Shown here in pieces: positions 41,072 to 49,495 of a stretch of 50,711 nucleotides of DNA. The stretch's first letter is position 1; every line of letters begins with the position of its first letter. The translations under genes and the position numbers were made by a program. Source of the stretch: a bacterium (GTDB taxonomy: Bacteria > Zhuqueibacterota > Zhuqueibacteria > Oceanimicrobiales > Oceanimicrobiaceae); assembly GCA_046757025.1 (NCBI GenBank), contig JBHHXN010000017.1, positions 1 to 50,711 on the forward strand, in the 5' to 3' direction. The notes below the pieces were generated by a model, which had not been told where the DNA came from, ran no database searches, and saw only the letters and a program-made list of their open reading frames with translations.

Positions 41072-41668
41072 TTACGGTCGCTGCTGTTGAAAATCATAAA
41101 TTCCTTTTTCCGTGACCAGCCTGTCCACGCACATGTCCTGCGACCTCGTGGGTATGGAATCCAACACCTGAAACTCAAATGCCAGGCCGATCTTTTTGCA
41201 AGTAATCTGACTCAAAAAGGCATCGTAAAAGCCGCCGCCGTAGCCCAGCCGATTTCCCTGCCGGTCAAACGCCACACCGGGCACGATCACTAAATCGATG
41301 CAGGAAACCTCCACGGGACGAATGAGATCAGCTGGGGGCTCCAATATTCCGTATGCTCCGGGCCGCAGCTCATCAAAATCGCGGATTTGAGAGTGAAAAA
41401 GGGTGTGCGCTGCTACGTTGACCACCGGCACCACCACTGTGCGATTTTTAGCCAGCAAATTTTTAATGAGCGCATGCGTGTCGACCTCGTTTTTCCAGGC
41501 CACGTAACAGTGAATGGTTCGCGCTGCTTCAAATTCCGAAATGGCAGGTAGTTGGTGGAAGATGGTCCGACTTCTGGCCACAACCCACTCGTGTGACAGA
41601 CTCGCTCTTTTTTGTGCAATGAAACGGCGCAAACTCTGTTTCTTTTGTGTGATTTCGTCGAGAATCAT
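41072..41668 (-). CDS. ygfA: 5-formyltetrahydrofolate cyclo-ligase
   Basis: K..LR, NEVDT, YGILEP, IVPGVAFDRQGNRLGYGGGFYD. Confidence 0.95.
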   Translation of the reverse strand: MILDEITQKKQSLRRFIAQKRASLSHEWVVARSRTIFHQLPAISEFEAARTIHCYVAWKNEVDTHALIKNLLAKNRTVVVPVVNVAAHTLFHSQIRDFDELRPGAYGILEPPADLIRPVEVSCIDLVIVPGVAFDRQGNRLGYGGGFYDAFLSQITCKKIGLAFEFQVLDSIPTRSQDMCVDRLVTEKGIYDFQQQRP

Positions 41669-41970
41669 GCCATAATCTCACGAATACTTTTAGCAAATTG
41701 AGTGTCTCCCACGCCGACGATTCCGACTTCGTTGCGCCCGAACAATTTTCCCAGCTCGTTTTTAGTGCTGCAGGGAAACACCGCGATGTTCAGCGGTTCC
41801 GTCAATTCATGAATTTTCATGGCGGCATTTGGGGACAGATCCTCTGCCAGTATCACCAGGTAGATTTTTCCACGCTGCAGCCCCTTTTGAGTGGCGCTCA
41901 TGCCGAGCGTTAATTTGCGCGCACGATTTGCAAAGCCCAATATTTTAGTGAGCCGGTTAATTTTCTCCAT
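41665..41970 (-). CDS. ylxQ: L7Ae/YlxQ-family RNA-binding protein
   Basis: LGFANRARKLTLG, LVILAEDLS, ELGKLFGR, VGVGDTQFAKSI. Confidence 0.88.
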   Translation of the reverse strand: MEKINRLTKILGFANRARKLTLGMSATQKGLQRGKIYLVILAEDLSPNAAMKIHELTEPLNIAVFPCSTKNELGKLFGRNEVGIVGVGDTQFAKSIREIMA

Positions 41971-41971
41971 T

Positions 41972-42130
41972 TCAAACGATTGCTTTTTTTGAATATAAAG
42001 AGATTATCGGCCATGCCATCTTTTGGAAGCCGGCAGGACCAGAACCTCTGTTCGAATGCCCGTCCGCAAAATGTTGCTTTAAAATTCTCGGCGGGGTCGC
42101 TGGAAAAATTTTATTTTGCGCTTTAACCAT
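41972..42130 (-). CDS. Possible 52-aa bridging ORF between ylxR and L7Ae
   Basis: Its ATG overlaps the ylxR stop (ATGGTTAA) and its TGA lies 1 nt before the L7Ae ATG. Confidence 0.3.
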   Translation of the reverse strand: MVKAQNKIFPATPPRILKQHFADGHSNRGSGPAGFQKMAWPIISLYSKKAIV

Positions 42131-42392
42131 GGTTGCTTTTTTCATTTAAAAAACCCAATAATTGATCGACAAATGGTGGCTTAGGGTGGATTCTTAAATT
42201 TCTTTCAAACCGTTTTCGTTCGATGGCCATTTTTGCACACTTTGAATCCCGGCACAGGTAAGCGCCGCGTCCTGGTTTCATGGCCTGACTATCTATTTCG
42301 AGCTCGCGTCTGGCAGTCCTGACAATCCTCAGCAGGTCTTTTTTGAGCGTTTTTCTGCCACAGCCGATACACGTTCTCACGGGTTGATGCAT
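42123..42392 (-). CDS. ylxR: YlxR (DUF448) family RNA-binding protein
   Basis: PVRTCIGC, LLRIVR, GRGAYLC...C. Confidence 0.93.
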   Translation of the reverse strand: MHQPVRTCIGCGRKTLKKDLLRIVRTARRELEIDSQAMKPGRGAYLCRDSKCAKMAIERKRFERNLRIHPKPPFVDQLLGFLNEKSNHG

Positions 42393-42404
42393 AAGCCAAT
42401 TCTG

Positions 42405-42926
42405 CTACGGTTCCGTGTTCACAGCTTCATCGTTCCAGAATTTTTGCCAAGCCTGCACGAGCGCTTCATTGCGGTCGATCAAATGCAGCTCTTTTAAATG
42501 GCGGGTCGCTGAGCTGGAAATTTTGATCGATTCGATCATAGTTTTCGCAGCATCGTCTATGGCAACCCTGCCGGTGCCGGTGCCCATGCCGGGCACGGCC
42601 AGTACTTCGATTTCATATTCCGCAGCCAGTTGCAGAGCCGCCTTCATGGCGTTGGCGATGTTCACCACATTTGTGCGTTGTACCGGCATGGCCATGGTCG
42701 GAGCGTGAATCACATAATCGCAGTTCAGGGACCCAGCGGTAGTTAGTACCGCCTGACCGATGGGGATGGGGGCTTGCCGCATGCATTCTTCTTCGATAAT
42801 TTTACCGCCGACTTTTTTTATAGCCCCGGCGATACCGCCGCCCATCTCCCCTTCAGAATTTGCTGGATTGACGATGGCATCCGCTTGAACTTTCGTCAAA
42901 TCGCCCACTAAAAACCTCACCTCCAT
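42405..42926 (-). CDS. Macrodomain protein (ADP-ribose binding/hydrolase, AF1521-like)
   Basis: GDLT, DAIVNPANS, MGGGIAGAI, YVIHAPTM, PGMGTGTG. Confidence 0.93.
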   Translation of the reverse strand: MEVRFLVGDLTKVQADAIVNPANSEGEMGGGIAGAIKKVGGKIIEEECMRQAPIPIGQAVLTTAGSLNCDYVIHAPTMAMPVQRTNVVNIANAMKAALQLAAEYEIEVLAVPGMGTGTGRVAIDDAAKTMIESIKISSSATRHLKELHLIDRNEALVQAWQKFWNDEAVNTEP

Positions 42927-42987
42927 AGAAAACCCTCCTGTGTTAATGAAAATTAATCAGGTTCACAATTCAAAGAAGTCAATTAAA

Positions 42988-43169
42988 TAGTGATTGAATG
43001 AAAACGATCCTATCTTTCCGAAGGCTTCCAGGCCGAGGATGAATTCCTGCCGGGCGCGGAGGACCTGTCCTGAGCTTTGTCGAAGGGCCTGTCCTGAGCT
43101 TTGCCAAAGGAACACCTTCGCGAAGAGGTTTTAAAATCGCGCATTTCACGAGTTGTCATTCAGACTCTA
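42988..43169. mobile_element. MITE family A, filled copy with a 2 x 24-bp hairpin insert (43064-43111)
   Basis: Terminal inverted repeats TAGTGATTGAATGAAAAC / GTTGTCATTCAGACTCTA; 182 bp = 134 + 48. Confidence 0.78.
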
Positions 43170-43216
43170 AATAGTTTATTTTAAAGAATGAAGTAGAGAG
43201 GGCGTTGATATTGGCA

Positions 43217-43245
43217 AAATTAACATTCACTGTTTAAAAAGTCAA
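43217..43245 (-). promoter_or_regulatory. sigma70-type promoter of the macrodomain-ylxR operon
   Basis: TTGACT-N17-TAATTT with an extended -10 TG on the minus strand. Confidence 0.55.
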
Positions 43246-43899
43246 GTTAATTTCAGAAGTCATTTTACCATTGTTGAATGGAAGCAAAACTTGAGAGTAA
43301 AAATTCGTAAAATGTACATTTATTTAATCGCTAAGGTACTGAAAAATTTCTTCACTATCTTGTTCCGCAAATTTTCATATTGCTGGTAATACTACCCATA
43401 CACACAATTTAAACAACGGGATATTAAACTTTAGTTGCATCGAAAGAACTTGCAGCAGTGCTGAGCATTTTTATTACACTCCCATTCGTATGGATTCACT
43501 TTCCAAAAGGCAATCCTAATTCTCCTGGGCATGCTGGATTCTTTTTCAGAGACAATCCAAAGAATCCATACACTTCCACATTTAACTTTCTTTGTTCGAG
43601 TTAATAATTGGGGATGTCTGTGCCAAGCCCTCAAAATGCTGCCGTTTACCATTGATGCACACCTGATTCGAACGGATTATTTCATATTGATTTTTCAGTA
43701 ATTTTGCCTGGTAGTGAATAAATCATTTCTCGACTGTGGTATTCTCATCCAAATGTGTGCGCGCTGATTCTGCTGGTTTGAACTGATTACTGAGTTTTGG
43801 CAATCGTTTCGACATACCATTCCACCAAATTACTGAGCTAACAAAACCTTTATTAACGACAATTTACGGGGGGAATTTTATTTGTGAGGAGGTTAAAAA

Positions 43900-46800
43900 A
43901 TGCAAAAAACAATCGGTTATTTTTTGATGGCAACACTCGTGCTTTTTGCGGGTGGCTTTTTAACCAACGGTAACGCGCAGCCTAATCTCATCCCTCCCGT
44001 CGTTCACGGTCCCGACACGCTGGTGGGCACCGGCAACATTGAAGTTTTCGAGTTTTTCACTCAAACCGACACCCTCTGGAAAGGCGATATCGGCGGCATC
44101 GCTGCCGGCGACAGTTACTGGGTTTACATCGTCGGAATCGACGCTTCCGGTTTGACCGGACCCAATGGCCAGCAAATCCAGTTCAATCTTCAGGATGCCG
44201 CGGACAATTCGACATTCAAACATCTAGGCATCAGTTTCTCTTTAAGCAATCCCGATGCCGGGGGAGGGGGTTTGTTAGAATGCTACCAATCCCTGGGAAA
44301 CGAAGGGTTGTCCACACAGGGTTTGGCGCCCGGCATTCTAACCGCCGATAAATTCGACCTGCGTTTTAAATTCAAAAAAACTATCCAGGACACGGGCTGG
44401 ACTGTCACGCCTTACTACCGCCTGAGCGGCGGCGATTGGATTGTATTTTTTGACGGCACCTTCACCGCCAGCATTGCCTTTGACTTCCTCGGCGCTAAGC
44501 TGATCGTCCGATTTGATAATCCCATCGGCGCCCCGGCGCAAGGCACTTTAACCTTCGATAACTATTTCGTGTTGGGTCCTTTAAACCAACCCATTACGAA
44601 AACGTTTGTGGATGACGACTGGTCGAATCTGGAGCTTGGCGACGCCGTGCAATTTCCGGGACAGGACAGCAGTATCCAGGTGTTTGGCGTCAACGCCTTT
44701 GCCTCCATTCAGGAAGGATTAAACGGTGCGTTCGAGGTGCAGAACCTCTCAGTAAAATCGGATTACCGTTTAGCCTCGGAGACGTCTGTTATCGACACAG
44801 TCTGGGTGGCCGCCGGCACCTACAATGAAAATATCATCATCGACAAATGCGTCACCCTCATCGGCGCGGGCAACGGCGAGAACCCGTTGTTGAATACCGT
44901 CATCAACTCACAAACCGATGACTTTCCCGTAATTTTAATCGACGGGATCAATGGCGGCGGAACCTCCCCAACCGACCGATTGAGCATTCGCGATCTGCGC
45001 GTGCAAGGAGCCAATGCCGCGTCCGGTTCTCCTGATGTGAGCAGCGGGATTCTCATTACCAACGGCCCCATTCCTTCTGTAAATTTTGCTAAAAATGTCA
45101 TCGGCACAGCACCTGTACCCAACACCGCTCCTGGCGATTCCACCGGCTTTATCACTTTCGAGAACGTGACCGCCACGAATAATTCGGGCTGTGGAATAAC
45201 CATGCAGCATTCCGGAGTTGTGCACGATATCGAAGTAATAAATTGCACGCTATCGAACAACCAGGACAGCGGCATTCGTATTCCTTCCACGCTCAGTGCC
45301 TTTGACAGCTTGTTCGTCACCGACGGCAGTGTGGATGAAAACGGTGTCGGCGGCATCATCGTCAATTTTCTGAATATTAATCCAAATAATATTTTAGCGC
45401 AAACAAACGACCAGGAGAGCTCGAAAAACACGATAATCCAAGGCCCGAGCTATAACAACATCCACGTCAATGGCACAACCTTTTCCGGTAACGGCACGAG
45501 CATCATGATGGCTCTGGGCTCCGGCGACATCGGTTTGTACGATTTTAATGGCGACGCTTCCTTTACCAACGTCAGCATCACCGGCGACACTTCCCAATAT
45601 GGCATTCTTCTGGAAGGCCAGGTGACGTCGGCTACGTCCCCTTCTGGCACGGTCACCTTCAACAATGTGCAGATTGACGGCGTCTATCAAACGCAGAGCG
45701 TCAATAACAACAAGGCCGCTAGGCTGCAGCAGCCCCCGATCATGTACGTGGGTGCCGGCTTGCACATCGCCGACTACAGCGATGTAACAGCCATCAGTTT
45801 CAGCGGTGTGCAGCTCGATGTGCTGCCAGCTTCTACGGAAGATCCCGCAGTCAACCTGTTCCTTTATGACGTGGATGGCACCATGAATCTGGGAAACACC
45901 ACCTTTGGCGGCCAGGCCACCGAAGACATTCGCAACTTTGCCGCTGTGGACATCGATGCCACATCGGCTGACTTCACCAATTCCGGAGGCGACAATTTTG
46001 CCATCGAAGACCGCGTCGTTCACATCATCGATCTGGAGCAATTGTCGCCAAGTAATCATTTCGAGCCGATCAGTGGCCAAAGCCCCCAGCTCAACTCGGG
46101 CGCGCAGATCGGTCTGGTGACCTGGGTGGCAGACAATGTGTATATGACCAAGATCAGTTTTTTTCCACCCGACACCTCCGCCAGCATACAGCGCGCCATC
46201 AACGCCGCTGCCACCAGCGATACGTTAAACATCGGTACCGGCACTTTTTTTGATGGCCCACAAATCTTAATCGACAAAAACCTGGTGATCGCCGGCTCTG
46301 GAAAATCCAACACCACGTTTAAACCCACCGCACCCACCAGCGACGTGGGAGAAGGCCGCGCGTGGTTTTTGGTGGATACGCTGCTAACCGTGGAAGTGCA
46401 GGACATGACGTTCGATGCAAAAGACAGTTTGATTTACTACGCCTTTTATGTCAAAGGTCAGGGTACGTTTTCAAATGTGTGTTTCAATGAAATTAAATAC
46501 AACGAGAGCGGCCCGGATTACGCCGGCAGCGCCATCTATGCGGCCGGCAACGGTCCCGTGCACGTATCAAACAGCGTGTTCACGGAAATAGGCCGAACCG
46601 GTGTGATTTATTCCGGCAGCGGCGTAAACGGCTCCGTTTTTCAAAAAAATCATTACACCGGGAAAGGCGCGGGCACCTGGCTCGACTACACCCTCGATAT
46701 CGGCGCTGGCGCCAACGTGCAAGTGAAAAACGACACCATCAGCGCAAATCGTGGTGTTGTTAGTACAGACTCATCTGCTGGCATATTAATGGCAACCTCC

Positions 46801-48369
46801 TCAGGAGCCGGAACAAATGTTACCGTCACACAAAATGAAATATCCGATTGCATCAACGCCATCCTGGTGGGACTTGACGGTACGGACCAATCCTTCACGC
46901 TCATTCAAAATAACGACTTACACGACAACGACTACGCAGTAAATGCCCGCTCCGGTCTGTTTATCAAAGTGGAAAACAATCAGATCTACAATCAATCGGT
47001 CGCCGGCGTGAAATTGGACTCGGTCACGGCTTACGACATCGACAACAACGATATCTTTGACAACGCCGATGCCGTGCTCATATCCAAGTCGTTTGGCGAG
47101 CTGGACAACAACATCATCTACGACAATACCAACAACGGCTTAACCGTTTTAGATGAAACCAGTACCGGCGTCACCGTTCACAATAACGAGTTCTGCAACA
47201 ACACCATTTACGCTATTGAAAATAAGGGCAGCACCACCATCGATGCCACCCTGAACTGGTGGGGTGCCGCCGACGGTCCCGACGGCGCCGGCAGCGGCTC
47301 CGGAGACAGCGTCAGTGTTGGTGTGGACTTTTCATCGTTTGTCACCAGCCCGCTGTTCCAGGATTCTCCCTGCACCGAGCCCGTGCAGTGTTTGAGCGAC
47401 GGCGACGTGAACAACGACGGCTCGCTGACACCCGGTGATGCTTTGTGCGCATTTCAGACGTTTTTGAACGGCGGCGTTCTGGCCACCGAATGCGACGTGG
47501 TGGATTTCAGCTGCGAAATCGTCGCTGCCGATGCCAATTGTGATGAATCGGTGACCCCCGGCGATGCTTTGGCCATTTTCCAGGGTTTTCTGGACAGCAC
47601 GCCGCCGGCTCATTGTTTTGCGGCGGTGAGCGATAACAAGCTGGCGCAACTAAGTTCAAAAATACCGCCGTTCAAACTCGTTTGGAACCAGAAAACCATG
47701 AATCCTGCAACCGAACAGGATAAACGTGAAAAGATCGTGGTATCGCTGGCCCTCGAAAAACCCGCCGCGCTGCACGCCTTTGGCTTGCGGCTGCATTTTC
47801 CAGCAGACCAGCTTGAATTTCTGAGCGTGGAACGCACATCGCTGACTAGCAATTGGACACAGCTCGACGCGCAACGGATCGAACCCGGATTGCTGGTCAT
47901 CGGCGGATTTGACGCCAAAGACCGCAAACCCAATTCGGATACAGAGATTTTGAACATCGTCTTTTTGCACAAAGCGAAATCTGAAGGCGATTTAACCATT
48001 CACGTCACCGAGCTCACCGACGATCTGGCCAATGCGGCGTTGGAGCCGTTGACCCTCGAATCGGCGAACGCGTTGCCAACTTCGTTCCAGCTACATCAGA
48101 ACTTCCCCAACCCTTTCAATCCGGAAACGCAAATTCAATTTGAGATTCCAGCGACCCAAAATGGCAAAGTAGCGGTGGTGCTGGCCATTTACAACATGAC
48201 CGGGCAACTGGTCACCAAATTAATCGATGAAGAAAAATCAGCGGGCGTCTATAAAATAAAATGGGACGGTAAGAATGCTGCCGGAATTCGTGTACCATCA
48301 GGAACTTACTTCTACAGTATCATCGCCGGTGAATTTAAAGACACTAAAAAGATGCTGTTGTTGAAATAA
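43900..48369 (+). CDS. Large secreted protein: parallel beta-helix modules + dockerin + cohesin-like domain + FlgD-Ig/T9SS-type tail
   Basis: GAGGAGG RBS; signal peptide; beta-helix caps ASIQ...VAAGTYNENIIIDK.VTLIG and ASIQRAIN...IDKNLVIAG; NWWG; duplicated Ca-loop dockerin at 47401-47595; LHQNFPNPFNPET...KKMLLLK. Confidence 0.88.
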   Translation: MQKTIGYFLMATLVLFAGGFLTNGNAQPNLIPPVVHGPDTLVGTGNIEVFEFFTQTDTLWKGDIGGIAAGDSYWVYIVGIDASGLTGPNGQQIQFNLQDAADNSTFKHLGISFSLSNPDAGGGGLLECYQSLGNEGLSTQGLAPGILTADKFDLRFKFKKTIQDTGWTVTPYYRLSGGDWIVFFDGTFTASIAFDFLGAKLIVRFDNPIGAPAQGTLTFDNYFVLGPLNQPITKTFVDDDWSNLELGDAVQFPGQDSSIQVFGVNAFASIQEGLNGAFEVQNLSVKSDYRLASETSVIDTVWVAAGTYNENIIIDKCVTLIGAGNGENPLLNTVINSQTDDFPVILIDGINGGGTSPTDRLSIRDLRVQGANAASGSPDVSSGILITNGPIPSVNFAKNVIGTAPVPNTAPGDSTGFITFENVTATNNSGCGITMQHSGVVHDIEVINCTLSNNQDSGIRIPSTLSAFDSLFVTDGSVDENGVGGIIVNFLNINPNNILAQTNDQESSKNTIIQGPSYNNIHVNGTTFSGNGTSIMMALGSGDIGLYDFNGDASFTNVSITGDTSQYGILLEGQVTSATSPSGTVTFNNVQIDGVYQTQSVNNNKAARLQQPPIMYVGAGLHIADYSDVTAISFSGVQLDVLPASTEDPAVNLFLYDVDGTMNLGNTTFGGQATEDIRNFAAVDIDATSADFTNSGGDNFAIEDRVVHIIDLEQLSPSNHFEPISGQSPQLNSGAQIGLVTWVADNVYMTKISFFPPDTSASIQRAINAAATSDTLNIGTGTFFDGPQILIDKNLVIAGSGKSNTTFKPTAPTSDVGEGRAWFLVDTLLTVEVQDMTFDAKDSLIYYAFYVKGQGTFSNVCFNEIKYNESGPDYAGSAIYAAGNGPVHVSNSVFTEIGRTGVIYSGSGVNGSVFQKNHYTGKGAGTWLDYTLDIGAGANVQVKNDTISANRGVVSTDSSAGILMATSSGAGTNVTVTQNEISDCINAILVGLDGTDQSFTLIQNNDLHDNDYAVNARSGLFIKVENNQIYNQSVAGVKLDSVTAYDIDNNDIFDNADAVLISKSFGELDNNIIYDNTNNGLTVLDETSTGVTVHNNEFCNNTIYAIENKGSTTIDATLNWWGAADGPDGAGSGSGDSVSVGVDFSSFVTSPLFQDSPCTEPVQCLSDGDVNNDGSLTPGDALCAFQTFLNGGVLATECDVVDFSCEIVAADANCDESVTPGDALAIFQGFLDSTPPAHCFAAVSDNKLAQLSSKIPPFKLVWNQKTMNPATEQDKREKIVVSLALEKPAALHAFGLRLHFPADQLEFLSVERTSLTSNWTQLDAQRIEPGLLVIGGFDAKDRKPNSDTEILNIVFLHKAKSEGDLTIHVTELTDDLANAALEPLTLESANALPTSFQLHQNFPNPFNPETQIQFEIPATQNGKVAVVLAIYNMTGQLVTKLIDEEKSAGVYKIKWDGKNAAGIRVPSGTYFYSIIAGEFKDTKKMLLLK

Positions 48370-48422
48370 CCGAGCCAACATTTGAATTTGCAGAACGTGA
48401 TCAAATTAAGGAGAATAAGGAA

Positions 48423-49463
48423 ATGCAGAAAATAATTAAAAATGCGGTACTTTTGGTTTTTAGTCTGATTTTTGTGACTCAGGCGGTGGGACAATTGGAT
48501 CTCAGTCCGCCATCCAACGTCGATGTCACCGACCCGCCGGGGCAAACCATCGTCATTCCGTTAAATTTAACCAACGGCAGCGCAGTCGCCATCGACGCAT
48601 TTGGTGTGACATTCACCTATCCCACTGATAAACTCACATTTAGCAAGATACTCAGCACCGGTACTCTGACGGATGGCTGGCAATCTGTCGGCGGCCAGGA
48701 AAACACTTCAGGGGAAATTACAATCGGTGGATTTAACGCCTCGCCTACCACAACATCCGGTGTACTTGTAAATGTAGAATTTATCATCGATACCACACCA
48801 GGAGTCGGTTTACTGCAGTTAGGCACCTTTATCGACGATCTGGCAAACGCTTCCACCACGCCTGGCATTCTCAACAGCTCGGTCCCTGTGGAGCTGACTT
48901 CCTTTTCCGCAGAAATTCTGAGCAACGCGGTGAAACTCAACTGGCTGACCGCTTCCGAAACCAACAATTTCGGCTTTGAGATCGAAAAGAGCTTCGACGA
49001 CATCGTGTACGAAAAAATCGGCTTTGTGAACGGACACGGCACCACCACCTCGCCGCAGCGATACCGTTTTGAAGATCAAAAATTAAATTTCGCCAAAAAG
49101 CTGCGCTACTATCGATTAAAACAGATCGACACCGACGGTTCGTTTGAGTACTCTGGTTCCTTGAAAGTCACGCTGGCACCACCAGACAATTTCGTATTGC
49201 AGCAAAACTATCCCAATCCCTTCAACCCGGAAACCAGCATCGGCTACCAGCTACCCAAATCCACCCGGGTGAAGCTGGTGATCTTCAACCTCATCGGGCA
49301 GGAAATTCGCAACCTGGTGGACTCGGTGGAACCAGCGGGATTTCACAAAATTATCTGGAATGGTAAAGATAATTTTGGCAGAGAAGTTCCCAGCGGCACT
49401 TACATTTACCAGCTCAAAACCGCGGAATTCACCGGCGTCAAAAAAATGACGCTGCTCAGATAA
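48423..49463 (+). CDS. Secreted cohesin-like + Ig/FN3-like + FlgD-Ig/T9SS-tail protein
   Basis: Signal peptide; cohesin-like AFG..YP..LTF...IGGF...DDLANA; PVELTSF...W.TASETNNFGFEIE; QNYPNPFNP tail. Confidence 0.88.
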   Translation: MQKIIKNAVLLVFSLIFVTQAVGQLDLSPPSNVDVTDPPGQTIVIPLNLTNGSAVAIDAFGVTFTYPTDKLTFSKILSTGTLTDGWQSVGGQENTSGEITIGGFNASPTTTSGVLVNVEFIIDTTPGVGLLQLGTFIDDLANASTTPGILNSSVPVELTSFSAEILSNAVKLNWLTASETNNFGFEIEKSFDDIVYEKIGFVNGHGTTTSPQRYRFEDQKLNFAKKLRYYRLKQIDTDGSFEYSGSLKVTLAPPDNFVLQQNYPNPFNPETSIGYQLPKSTRVKLVIFNLIGQEIRNLVDSVEPAGFHKIIWNGKDNFGREVPSGTYIYQLKTAEFTGVKKMTLLR

Positions 49464-49495
49464 TTTTAACAGGGACGTTAACACAGGAAGTTTTC

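Noticed and set aside
41669..42122. 6S RNA upstream of ygfA
   Set aside because: The position is occupied by the L7Ae CDS, and I could not see a long 6S-like rod in the ~150-nt spacer.
43300..43890. Riboswitch or 73-aa ORF in the long leader of the cohesin cluster
   Set aside because: No recognisable aptamer consensus, and the minus-strand ORF lacks an RBS and motifs.
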